Part shown: positions 10,868 to 23,500 of the stretch, in pieces
How positions within the stretch are numbered: the stretch's first letter is position 1
Layout: each line of letters begins with the position of its first letter
Assembly (NCBI RefSeq): GCF_030144855.1
Contig: NC_082718.1
Location: forward strand, 91,512,001-91,576,000
From: Hypanus sabinus
Lineage: Eukaryota
Direction of reading: 5' to 3'
Length of the DNA stretch: 64,000 nucleotides
Program-made: the position numbers and the translations under genes
The notes under the pieces: model-generated
Seen by the model: only the letters and a program-made list of their open reading frames with translations
Databases searched by the model: none
Told to the model about the DNA's origin: nothing

Positions 10868-11874
10868 TTATGGCTCTTCTGAAGGGGGTGAGGACTGTCT
10901 TTGGGAATCTCCCGGTCTCTTCCTGATATATTTCTCTCGGCCTCCTCCCGTCTCCTGCCTTCTGAATTCTCGCACTATTTCCCAAGCGGAGCAGGATAAT
11001 TCCTCATTCAGGCTTTCCCTCATTTTGGTGACGCTAACGGGCAACCCTCTTGCCTTCATTTCTGTAGTCGCCTCTTCCACCGTCTGGTACAACCACGTCC
11101 CGTTGTCATAAATCACTCGAAGTTTAGCAGGGTACGGAGTTTGAAATCTAATCTTGTTTTGCTTTAGTACTCGCTTTACTTCAGAGTATTCTTTACATTT
11201 CTGCAGGACTGCGGGGGTGGGGGTTAATCTTGGTTGAGATGTATCAATTTATTGTCGTAAAACACTCTCTTTTTACCCCAGGCCCTTTGTAGAATCTGCG
11301 CCTTGGTGCTGTACTGCAGGAATTTAATTATTATTGAGTGTGGCTTTCTATCCAGGGTAGGTTTCAGAACGAACGCACGGTGAGCTCTCTCGACTTCCAG
11401 CCCCATAACCGAGGGAAGATCCAGTGCGTCCCGCAATAACTTTTCAATAAATTCCGTCATAGACGAGGCCTCCGCTCCTTCGGGAACGTTGTAGATTCTG
11501 ATATTTTTCTGCCGTGATCTTCCCTCCAGGTCAAGCAGTTTTCCTTCTTGGTGATGTATTATTTTTATTGTCTTGCTCAGTATCCGTTCCACGTTTTGAA
11601 CGCGATCTTCCACCTTCTCAATGTGAGTCTCTGCCACCACTATTTTTTGATTAACGCTGGCGAGCTCTGCCTCAATATCACGGAGCTGCTGCTTTATATC
11701 TTTCTGGACCTCCATTATTTCTTTCAGGATTTCGAAGCTATTCACCACTTTGCCTGAATTAGGCCCAGCAGCCACCTCGCTCGCACGCAGTCGGGTCGTA
11801 GAGACGCTCGCTGCACTCCTCTCGGATGCAGGCTCCGCAGTGTCACTTTTTTAATTTCCATTTCTTCTCCCCAT
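10868..11874 (-). pseudogene. L1 ORF1p (coiled coil-RRM-CTD), disrupted
   Basis: ATG at 11874 in frame with ORF 11224-11775 but with an early TAA; stop plus frameshift near 11215-11226; C-terminal part in ORF 10868-11116. Confidence 0.85.
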
Positions 11875-12574
11875 TCTTGCCCCCCTTTTCAGTTCAAGTA
11901 TTTTTCGAAAAATATTATATTTGATGGGTTATTAGGGCTTAATACGTGTTTTTCTGGAGGAGCTTGTGACTTAAGCTGCCATTCTCGATGATGACATCAC
12001 CGGACTCTCGCCTCTGCTTCCACATTGGATGTTCTTTGTTTTTCTCAGTATTCTCTGTATAGTTGAGAGACTGTGTGTGAAAATCCCAGGAGGTCTGCGG
12101 CTTCTGAGATACTCAAACCACCCCATCTGGCACCAATAATCACTCCACAGTCAAACTCACTTAGAGCACATTTCTTCCGCTTTCTGATGTTTGGTCTGGG
12201 AAAAAAACAACTGAACCTCTTGACCATGTCTGCATGCTTTTAAACACTGAGTTGCTGCCACGCGATTGGCTGATCAAATATATACATTAATGAGCAGGTG
12301 TACTGGTGTACCTAATAAAGTGGCAGCTGAGTGTAATCTTCAGCGGCATTGGCAATGTAGTGAAATCAGATTTTTTTGGTATCGTTAATTTGTTTATTAT
12401 TGTCATGTGTGCCCAGATAGAGCAAAAGCTTGTCTTGTATACAGTTCATACGAATGAAATGATCATCGGGAATTGGGGGAGATTGCAAGTTGCAAGCAGA
12501 GGTCAATAATAAACTAACATTCAGAGGGCAGTTACGAACTCAGTGAGAAGAACGTGGGTAAAGCAGATGCAATA

Positions 12575-12952
12575 TATAGACGAAAGGTGCAGGAGTAGGC
12601 CATTTGGCCCTTCAAGCCAGCACCACCATTCAATGTGATCATGGCTGATCATACACAATCAGTACCCCGTTCCTGCCCTCTCCACATATCATTTGACTCC
12701 ACTATCTTTAAGAGCTCCATCTAACTCCTTCTTGAAAGCATCCAGAGAATTGGCCTCCACTGCCTTCTGAGGCAGAGCATTCCACAGATCCACAACTCTT
12801 TGGGTGAAAAAGTTTTTCCTCAACTCCGTTCTAAATGGCCTACCCCTTATTCTTAAGCTGTGGCCTCTGGTTCTGGACTCCCCCAACATCGGGAACATGT
12901 TTCCTGCCTCTAGCGTGTCCAATCCCTTAATAATCTTATACGTTTCAATCAA
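12575..12952 (-). mobile_element. CR1 LINE 3' fragment
   Basis: IETYKIIKGLD...TRGHSLRI...FFTQRVVDLWNALP, the CR1 ORF2 C-terminus, plus 3' UTR. Confidence 0.85.
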
Positions 12953-13221
12953 TAACCTGATATGTTTCAGTCATTATATATAGGGACACTTGTCTGGGGG
13001 AGTCAGCAAGAGATGAGAACAAATTTGATAGTCAGTCTCTTTAGTAGCATGAATCAATAAACTTAACGTAAAAGGATTTCTCCAGCAGGTAGCCCATTAT
13101 CCAGTTGGGAAACTGTCCAGAGGCTGCTCTATGCAAGATATCAATCTGTGGGGGAATTCTGCAGGGTTTATAATCCAAATATTCAAGAACTCTCATGCCT
13201 GAACGTTATTTAGTGTATAAA

Positions 13222-13400
13222 CTAGCTAGCCTCCTTCCCCCTCCCGCAACCTTTTTATTCTGGCCTCTTTTCAGTCCTGAAGAAGTGTCTTGGCCCGAAA
13301 CGTCGACTGTTCATTTATTTCTATAGATGCTGCCTGACCCGCTGGGTTCCTCCAGCATTTTGTGTGAGTTACTTGGATTTCCAGCGTCTGCAGTTTTTCT
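13222..13400 (+). mobile_element. Penelope-like element pLTR/3' end fragment
   Basis: Same family as the tails following GIY-YIG remnants at 32070-32810 and 39650-41240; contains a hammerhead motif. Confidence 0.7.
13272..13309 (+). ncRNA. Minimal type I hammerhead ribozyme motif (Penelope-associated)
   Basis: CAGTC-CTGAAGA-A-GTGTC.TT.GGCCC-GAAA-CGTC-GACTG: stem I CAGTC/GACTG, core CUGANGA and GAAA, GUC cleavage triplet. Confidence 0.7.
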
Positions 13401-13499
13401 CGTGTTTTGTCTTCCACCAGATTGGTAGTTGCGCCAGGTTCCAGTGTTTGCAGCCTCTTGTGTTTCACTTGATCACACACTCTTGTTGCAATTCCAATG

Positions 13500-13600
13500 C
13501 AGTACCGACGAAGGGTCTCGGCCTGACACGTCAACAGCACTTCTCCCTATAGATGCTGCCTGGCCTGCGGTGTTCCACCAGCATTTTGTGTGTGTTGTTG
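13500..13600 (+). mobile_element. Penelope pLTR fragment with degenerate hammerhead
   Basis: CCGACGAAGGGTCTCGGCCTGACACGTC; both core segments mutated. Confidence 0.65.
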
Positions 13601-14199
13601 TTCCGATGCAGTACTGTTGCTTTCTGGGTGAACTGTTTCATTGGCTCTGTTAAAAGGATCTAAAGATTCAAAGGCACTATTTTGAAGAGTAGGTAACTGA
13701 CTCCTTATGCTCCTGTTTGAGGGAATTTACAGTTTGATTAGCTGTTATGATTCCAGCATTACAATAGTTAATAAATATTTAACTATAGAATGTTCTGGAA
13801 AACCCAAGGTTAAAGAGGTATTGTAAGAAACAAAAGTCTTTTGTAAACATTTTATGAATTAATAATACAGTGGTCACATTATATTTTGAAGTTATCTGTT
13901 TAGTCAGTTGTTATAATGTAAAAAAATACTCTCCACAGCCTTATTTGGGAACCAGTGGATCTTTTAAACTGGAGATAACAACGTGCAAAAATGCAAGATA
14001 CAAAAATAATTTGACAACCCTTAAGCTTACGTGAAAATTGACCAGGAAATATGGTTAATGTTGAAATGTTGAGACGCTGTTCCGAGAGTTTTGCTTCAGT
14101 TTAAGATGCACGGGTGAGTAGAACATTGAAATTAGGTGAAAAAGGATTTACAATCCTGTGGCGTTGGAATCTTGTCTAGTTGAGTGAAGGCTATCAATA

Positions 14200-14391
14200 G
14201 GAACAGAGCCGGGTTCGATAAAAATGAAGCTAGCGAATAACGTCAAGGTTATTTAACTGGAGCCGGTCAGTGACCCCGTCCTGATCGGGTCTGGCGCTCG
14301 CATTTTGAATTACGCGGTTGTGTTTTGAGGCGTTGTAACGAGGAACAGTTTGACAGCTGCTGAGAGCCGTACCCGACCAGCGGCGGGGAAG
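14200..14391 (+). promoter_or_regulatory. CpG-rich promoter/5' UTR of PSMD9
   Basis: Local CpG enrichment immediately upstream of ATG 14392 in otherwise CpG-poor DNA. Confidence 0.55.
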
Positions 14392-14502
14392 ATGTCGGAC
14401 GAGCTGATGCAGAGCGTTACAATCGAAGAAGTGCTTCAGCTGGTGAAAAAGAAAGATGCTATCGAGGCGCAGATCAAAGCTTACTATGACATCCTGGAGG
14501 GG
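14392..14502 (+). CDS. PSMD9: PSMD9 exon 1
   Basis: [37 protein letters not shown]; donor gtgagt. Confidence 0.93.
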
Positions 14503-17500
14503 GTGAGTGATTTAAGGGATGTCTTGGACCGGCCGTTGATGTCGGAGGTTTTAGTCTCCATCGGGCTCTAAATCTGTTGTTAAACACTAACTCTGACTAC
14601 AATTCCTTGGTTCGTTCAAACATTATAACGTTATTTACTCTCTTTCTGGAGCGTAATCCAGCTCCCCGCAGTGGTTTTGTGAGGGCACTGAATGACTTTG
14701 CATCCTGTAGTGAAGGTGACACATTCCACTTTTACTGAGAAGGAAATAAAGGCAATTGTATTTTTCACCTTTAAATTTCTGCCTTTCTCATTTACAGGAT
14801 ACTGTCATCTCAATTCCTGACACAGTAAGTTTGCAGATAATACAAAAATTGCTGGCATTATGGATTGTGTAGACGATTGCCAAAAGATAAGGCAGGTTGT
14901 AGATCAGTTGCAGAGATATGAATTCATTTACTATGCTTGTGGTCTTCTGCTGTAGCACATCGACTTCAAGGTTTGACATGTTGTGCATTCTGAGATGGTC
15001 ATCCGCACACCACTATTGTAAAGTGTGGTTATTTGAGTTACTGTTGCTTACATCAGATTGAACCAGTCTGGCCATTCCCCGACCTCTCTCATTAACAAGG
15101 TGTTTTTGCTAACAGGATTGCACCTCACTAGATGTTCTTCTCTCATTATCCTCTGGAAACTTGAGAGACTGTTGCTTGTGAAAATCCCAGGAGATCAAGC
15201 AGTTTCTGAGATACCACCCCCCAACATTCATTCCTTGGTCAAATTCTCTTAGATCACATTTCATCCCCATCCTGATGTTTGATCTGAACAAGAACCAAAC
15301 CCTTTGACCGTGTCTGTATGTTTTCGTACATTTGAGTCACTAACACCCTGATTGGCTGATTAGATATTTGCATTAATGAGCAGGTGTACCTAATAAAGTG
15401 GCCACTAAGTGTGGGTGGAGAAATAGCAGACATGTGAGGTGTTGAGCTTTGAGAGATCATATGTAAAGATGCAGTACACTGTTAATGCTAAGACTCCTTA
15501 ACAGTATTGATGTACAGAAGGATCTTGGGATCCAAGCCCATAGCTCCCAGAAAGCAGCTACACAGGTTGATAGGGTGGTAAAGAAGGCATTTGGTGTGTG
15601 CTTGCCTTTATTAGCTGTGGAATTGAGTTCAAGGGTTAGGAAGTCACGTTGAAGCATATTAAACCCTGTTTAGGCCCCATGTGGAGTATTGCATTCAATT
15701 CTGGTTGCCCCATTGAAGGAAGGATGTGGAAGCTTTGGGGGGTGCAGGAGAGTTTATTGGGATGCTGTCTGGATAAGAGGGCAAGTATGATGAGGAGTAG
15801 TTGGACAAAATTTAGTTGTTTTCTCCAAAGTGGTGGAAGTTGAAGAGAGAGGAAGGGCACAGACATAATGTCTTTATTTGTCAAAATGTCTGAAACTAGA
15901 GATCATGCTTTTAAGTTGAGAGGGAGTAAATGCAAAGGAGATGAATGGGTCTTTTTTTTATACAGAATGATGGATATCTGAAATGTGCTGCCCGAGAGAG
16001 GTGGAGGGTGGCAAATGTGATAGAGGTGTTTAAGAGGCTTTTTGATTAGTAAATAAATATGCAGAGAATGGAGGGATATGGATGTGCAGGCAGAGGCACT
16101 AATTTGGTTGTGTTTTCATGACTAGTTTAAATAGTTCAGCATGCAACATCATGGCATGTCGTATGTTCCATGTTCATTCTTTCGTTACATGCTGCGTCAT
16201 ATGACGCGGGTGATCATGGTCTTTCCATGGCCATGACTGTTCTTGGCAAATTTTTCTACAGAAGTGGTTTGCCATTGGCTTCTTCTGAGCAGTGTCTTTA
16301 CAAGACAGGTGACCTCAGCCCTTATCAATACTCTTCAGAGATTGTCTGTCTGGCATCAGTGGTCGCATAACCAGGACTTGGGATATGCACCAGCGCTCAC
16401 ACCACTGTCCACCACCTGCTCATTTGGGTTCACTTAACCCTGATTGGGGGCTAAGCAGGTGCTGCACCTTGCCCAAGGGTGACTTGTGGGCTAGTGGAGG
16501 GAAGGAGTGCCTCACACCTTCTTTGGTAGAGACGTATCTCCACACTGCCACCCATCAGTGCTGTTCAGAAGCAAATAAGTATAATCTGGCAGTCCAGTTA
16601 TCAACGGAATTACAGGATTTGCCTAAAGTTTAAAAAAAATGAACAGAGGGAATGTGGGCTTTATTTTTTTCTTGCAAGGAGCTCATCGAATTGGAAAACA
16701 GCAATGTAGTGCAACTAATTGAATATCTTGAGAATTTTCAGGAGAATCAGGTTTATTATCATTGGCATATGCCTTGTGAAGTTTATTAACAGCAGCAGTT
16801 CAATGCAATACATGATTATAGAAGAAGAAAACAATAAAATCAATCAAGCAATCAATTACAGGATATGTATATTGGAGATTAAAACTCGTGCAAAAACAGA
16901 AATAATACATATTGAAAAAGTGAGGTAGTGTTCACAGGTTCAATGTCCATTTAGAAATCGAATGGCAGAGGGGAAGAAACTGTTCCTGAATCGCTGAGTG
17001 TGTGCCTTCAGGCTTCTGAACCTCCTTCCTGATCGTAACAATGAGAAAAGGGTATGTCCTGGGTGCTGGGGGTCCTTAATAATGGACGTTGCCTTTCTGA
17101 GACATTGCTCCTTGAAGATGTCAAGATGGAGCGGACTAAATTTACGACCCTCTGCTGCTTCTTTCAATCCCATACCAGGCAGTGATGCAGCCTGTCAGAA
17201 TGTTCTCCACAGTACATTTATAGAAGTTTTTGAGTGTTTTTCTTGACATACCAAATCTCTTCAAACTCCTAATGAAGTACAGTCACTGTCTTGCCTTCCT
17301 TATAGCTGCATCAATATGTTGGGACCAGGTTAGGTCTTGAGAGATCTTGACACCCAGGAGCTTGAAGCTGCTCACTCTCTCCACTTCTGATCCCTCTATG
17401 AGGATTGGTATGTGTTCCTTCGTCTTACCCTTCCTGAAGTCCCCAATCAGCTCTTTCGTCTTACTGACGTTGAGTGGAAGGTTGTTGCTGCAACACCACT

Positions 17501-20500
17501 CCACTATTTGGTACATCTTGCTCCTGTATGCCCTGTTGTCTCCATCTGAGATTCTACCAACAATAGTTATATGATCAGCAAATTTGTAGATGGTACTTGA
17601 GCTATGCCTAGCCGCACAGTCATGGGTATATAGAGAGTAGAGCAGTGGGCTAAACACTCACCCCTGAGGTGCACCAGTGTTGATTATCACCAATCTGCAC
17701 AGTTTGTGATCTTCCGGTTAGGAGGTTGATCCAATTGCAGAGGGAGGTACAGAGGCCCAGGTTCTGTAACTTCTCAATCAGGATTGTGGGAATGATAGTG
17801 TTAAGTGCTGAGCTATAGTCGATGAACTGCATCCTGACGTGGGTGTTTGTGTTGTCCAGGTGCTCTAAGGCCATGTGAAGAGCCATTGAGATTGCGTCTG
17901 CCATTGACCTATTGTGGCAATAGGCAAATTGCAGTGGGTCCAGGTCCTTGCTGAGGCAGGAGTTCAACCTAGTCATGACCAACCTCTCAAAGCATTTCAT
18001 CACTGCAGATGTGAGTGCTACTGGGTGATAGTCATTAAGGCAGCTCAGGCACTGATATAACTGTTGTCTTTTTGAAGCAGGTGGGAACTTCCGCCTCTTA
18101 GCAATGAGAGGTTGAAAACGTCCTTGAATACTCCTGCCAATTGCCAACCAGGTATTCCATTGGGACCACCTGCCTTATGAGGGTTCACCCTCTTTAAAGA
18201 CAGCCTACCATTGGCCTGCGAGACAGAGATCATGGTCACTGGGTGCAGCAGGGATCTTCACAGCTGTAGTTATATTCTCCCTTTCAAAGCAGCCATCTGG
18301 TAGTGAAGCGTGGCTGCCATTCATGCTATTGGGTTTCGCTTTGTAGGAAGTAGTGTCTTGCAGACCCTGCGAGAGTTGTTGTACATCCGATGTTGCCTCC
18401 TACCTCGTTCAAAATTGTCTCTTTGCCCTTGAAACAGCCTCCGCAAGTCATACAAGAGGTGCTAGAATCATTTACTTTCATCGATGCTGCACAAATACTG
18501 AAAATGTGATTGCCTTTGAAATGAGAATGATTAAAATATTAAATATCAATAGCATCTTCTCGTCGAATTGTTTAGGGTTTTGAGAAATTAAATTCATTAT
18601 GTCTCATGTATTGAAGCACATTCTCTTTGATGACTGTCAGTAAGCTTTGCAGCCCATTGCTGTTCGATTCATCAATGATTTAGAGGTCATTTTAGTTCAG
18701 CCACAGACAGGGAGATTATAGCACATTTTTGTTTGGCATTTACATTGATCTGCTGTATCAATGTGGTCATACAGGGACAAAGAGAATATGTCCAATTTTG
18801 TGCCTATAAATTATATGGATTCCTGATCCCTGCACAAGGATTATAGATGTGGGGTTTTGATATATGCTTTGATGGTGCATTTATGTATCTTCTCTTGCTC
18901 AAAGTACTTGATTATTCTGAAAAAGGACTTAGTGCTTTCCCAGTGTTTACGACGATAAAACCCTTCTTGGGTTTCCAGACTGGTACAGATTTTGGTTTTA
19001 AAACTGATACCTATACCTGGCTGGAAGCCCAAGAAGAGTTTATTCGAATTGATTTGATTAATCTGTCTGGTGCTTTAATATGTTCAATAATGATGAAAAA
19101 TAATATGTAGACATAGTAAATTGCTTTACCAGTGGTAGCATTGCAGTTAGTGCATTGCTTTACAGCACTAACATGGGGTTCCTCCCACATTCTAAAGACG
19201 TGTGGTTAGGGTTATTAAGTTGTGGGTATGCTATGTTGGAAACAGGGCGATGCTTGCAGCTGCCCAGCACACTCCTCATTGATTTGATTTGAAGCAAATG
19301 ATGCATTTCACTCTGTGTTTTGATGTGCAGGTGACATATAAAGCTGTTCTCTCTAATCTCTCTTTAGATCTTGTTGCACAAGTTAGATTTGCATGATAAA
19401 GATTAATACAGATTTATCCTTTATGGATTTTTGTTCCATTTTCATAAGTGATTCTGAAAGATATTCAATGTCTTATTTGCATTCTAACTAATTGTACTTG
19501 TTGCTGTTTTAGCAAAGCCATGCTGGAATGGATGAACCACTAGTTGATGTTGAGGGATACCCACGATCAGATATTGATGTTTACCAAGTTCGAACAGCTC
19601 GACATAATATCATTTGTAAGCATTGTTGACAGTTTTAAAATGCTTAAGTGTACTAAAGGAAAAGATATTTCTTCTAGCTTCTAATACATTGAACTGTCAA
19701 TATACTTTTGCTGGTTGTATGAACATTCTGGATGCATAATTATTAGATAAATGAGTTTACTATATAAACAGTTCTTTCGGTTAGTCCTGACGAAGGGTCT
19801 TGGTCTGAAACGTCGACAGCGCTTCTCCCTATAGATACTGCCTGGCCTGCTGTGTTCCACCAGCATTTTGTGTGTGTTGTTGTCTGAATATTAATTCTAT
19901 GGTTAGGCTAATAGATTCTTTTAACATAAATAGGCGTGATTGTAATCAAGACTTTTGTTCTTGGTGGGGCTTGCAGGATGTTCATTTAGTCAAGATCTTC
20001 AGTCCTTCCTCACAAGTGAAACACTTCCTCCAAATGGCACCATCCTGGTGAATCTCCTTTGCAGCTTTATGAAATCTATGCTTCATCTTGGATTAAAATT
20101 AAATGACTGATCCTCGTCAAAAGATTTCAGTTTGATTGTGGTTGTGGAAAAGCAATTGTTAATGACCATATTTGAAGATGAGGTTTAGAAGGTGGCAAAG
20201 GGGGTACATTTAAAAATGTTCACATTATGCCTTTTTTTTTTGTCTATTGAAGATTAGAGAAAATTAGGCTTAGGTTTCCATCTTCTGCAGGAGGCTTTTA
20301 TTTTGCCTTGTGTTGATGAGAAGCCTGAAAGTTATGTTGAAGATGCCTTCACACCTTTTACAATAGGTTGGGTATGGCAGTTATTGTTCTGAACAGTGCT
20401 CCTCTGGTTTTGTAAAAATGTGATGCGGTTTTTTTTCTTTAAAAAGGTCTACAAAATGATCATAAGGCTTTGATGAAACAGATTGAAGAAGGGCTGCATC

Positions 20501-23500
20501 AGTTGCATGCACGTGACAGGGAACAACGCAGGCTCGATGAGGCAGAGGCTCATCAAGAAAGACTGCAACAGGAAAGTCGAGTATTACCTGCTTTTGCCAA
20601 AGTAGACACTGTTAGTCCAGGATCACCAGCCAGTATGTCAGTAAGTATGTAGAAGTAATCAAGCTTATTTTTCGATGTTTGATTAAATCCCTTGTGTTAT
20701 TTTCTATGCTGCATTTCTCAGTGCAGATAGTTGCTTGCATGGGGGGAGAGAGATACTGTAGTATCTGGCTCTTGCCAGTGCACTGAGAGCCATTATTTCG
20801 GAGAAGATTGCACCCAGAATTACCATAAAGTAAATGGCTTGGTCCAGGGTGCACAAGTGTCTGATCTCGACAAATTAGAACTTCCCTGCCAATGACCTTG
20901 GTCTACACTGTTTAATGCATGGAAATTATTACTCAAGACTAGCTGTTGGAAAGCAGTATGTCAGGATAATGGCAGTGGAGTGCTTGAGGTTGGATATTAA
21001 AGTTACACCTGTATTTCACCAACTTGTATATGGAAGTTGACCCCTTTTCTTTGGATAATTTAGGTAAGGGAGAATATGTGGATGAGAAATAACAGGAGCC
21101 AGAGCAAGTTAATTAGGTAGTTCCAGAAGTCAAGTTGGAAGGAGGATGAGGAGCCCTTGTTGAACATCCTCTGGCTATGGGCCATAAAAGGTGAATCATG
21201 GAACTTTAGTAATCTAGTGTATAAATAGCACAGGTATGGTATGACGAATGCCTCCTTTCACATTACAAATGTCCTGAAGAAGGGTCTCTGTCTGAAACAT
21301 CAACTGTTTACTCATTTCCATAGATGCTGCTTGACCTACTGAGTTCTTCCACCATTTTGTGTGCATTGCCTAATTTTATTCTATCTTCCAGTACTAGGTC
21401 CATTGTCCTGTTGAGCACAGTTTCTCAAGTATGAACCTAAATCCATTTTAAATGTGAATAAGGTTTTCTGCTGCCACCACTCTTTCAGGCAGTGAGTTCC
21501 AGACCCCAGCCTTCTGGTGAAATCTTTTTCCTCATCTTCCCCCACTCCTTATACCAATAATTTTCTAATGAAGTCTCCTCTTTATGTAAAAAGTAAAAAG
21601 AAAGGTCCTATTTCGATCCCTCTTATTTAGCTTAATTAGGTCTCACTTAGGTCTCCTATATTCTAACCAATGCAAGGCAATTCCGTTGATCTGAACAGTC
21701 ATGGAGAGATTAAAATAACCTGGAGAATGGTCATGGAGAATGTTAAATGGAATACTGCATCACAGAGATAGTCGTGGGTTTGTCAGTGTAAATGTGTTTT
21801 GAGAGATTTAGATAGTAGTAGTAATAAATATGAGAAAGGGGTGACTAGAGATGGAGAGAAAAAAATCATAGTATGTAATAGTATGGTTTTCCAGCACTTT
21901 ATATGACTGGAACAGAACATAAGGTTTGGTCTTAAAGCACAAATGTGATTGAGAATGAGATGAGGTCCTTGTAGTCGAGCGCCATTACTTTGTCAATCAT
22001 TTTTTTAAAAATTGTTTTTGGAAAACTTCTGCACTAGCCATCCAATGGCTATATATTACAAATACATTGGCATTTGTAATGGGAGGCATTTTATTCATAC
22101 ATAATATGTCTCTTCTAGGGTTTGCAGGTTGGTGACGAAATTGTGGAATTCGGTTCTGTAAATACACAGAATTTCCAAAACTTGCAGAATATTGCCAAAG
22201 TCGTCCAGCATAGTGAAGGGGTGAGTGGCTGCATCCTTTGATGACAAACACTGATTTGATTGTAATTTTTGAATATATTCTGCAAATATATTTCAAGCGG
22301 TCTCTCCTTGTGTGCTTCTTTGAAGGTTATTTGTTTTTCATGTGTTATATTGAGCCTGAATCATTATCTGGATGGGAAGGATGAGAAGGAATCACAAACA
22401 CCTGACATAGTTCTCTTATATTTTGCCCAAACTTCTCTGCAACTAGCTTACAGAAAGTGTTTTAATTGCATCTTTTAATCTCTAGTCTAATGAAAAACCT
22501 TCAGAATCATCTCCTGCCTTTCCTGTTGCATTCTGATAACACTCCCCTCCTATATAGCTAGACAAGATTATAGAGTATAATGTAAAGTGGGAGTTTATTT
22601 TTGCATGTAAGATCATGAAGTTATCTGTTACAATACAGTGGTTGAATGTAGGATGGAGGTGTAAAGAGGTTGTATGTCTATGGTATAGGTGAGCCTGTTG
22701 AGGTCAGGGAATTGAAAAAATGGTCAGTGTGGTGGAGGGCATCAGAGATATCACGGATGTAAATGGGAAGGGACAGGATCAGAGAAGAAAAGATAGACTA
22801 AGGGTAGGAAGAAATAAGTTTGGGGCAATAACATTCTGCCAGGCGTCTTTCTGGACTTTGGGCAGGAGATAGAAGTGCATTTTCTCTGCTGGGACACCAT
22901 AAGGCTGAAATCTGTGGAGAGACCTGAGGATTCAAATGTTGCTTCCTCAGGCTGAAGACTAGAGTCATCAGTGTATTCTCAGGGCATGAATCAAGATCAC
23001 TATTCATTTTCTAAACTCCAAGCAGAGTAGGTCAGTCTTACTCAATCTCTTCTCATAGGACAACACAGTCATCCCAAAAATCAATCTAATTAATTGACAG
23101 TACATCCCATCTAAGATAAGTATAACTTCCCTAGCTATTCAGTCCACTCTAGCATTTTCTGATTTTAATTCAGATTTCTAGCATTAGTAACATCTGCTTT
23201 TCTAATTAATTTATTTTCAGATATGGGAACTTGAATTATAAAATCAGTAAAACATTACATAAATGCAAATATCTATAAGGAGTTTATACTTGCTCCCCGT
23301 GCCTGCGTGGGTGCTCCAGTTTCCTCCCACTCTCTAAAGGTGTACCAGTTGGTAGCTTAATTGATCATTGTAAATAGTCCTGTGATTAGGTTAATGTTAA
23401 ATTGGGGTTTTCTGGCTGGTATGGCTCAAGTGCCAAAAGGGCCTGTTCTGCGCTGTCCCATTAGATAAATAAATGAGTCTAAAAGTTTAAGACTAAAAAA

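Larger units (their letters stand above)
9942..12022 (-). mobile_element. L1-clade LINE with both ends, disrupted ORF1 and almost completely deleted ORF2 (HAL1-like)
   Basis: 11-bp TSD CATTGGATGTT at 9931-9941 and 12023-12033; A-rich tail at the left end; ORF1 with LDLEGRSRQKNIRIYNVPEGAE, VERAHR and FQTPYPAKLRV motifs; ORF2 start MAKDKVKFISFNVNGL at 10326. Confidence 0.88.
9438..12333 (-). mobile_element. Non-autonomous Tc1/mariner derivative, interrupted by a LINE fragment (9655-9895) and an L1 (9942-12022)
   Basis: TA-flanked TIRs CACCCAGTGGCCACATTATTAGGTA / TACCTAATAAAGTGGCAGCTGAGTG; Tc1 HTH remnant LSEFDCGVIIGARWGGLSISEAADLLGFS in ORF 12045-12227. Confidence 0.8.
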
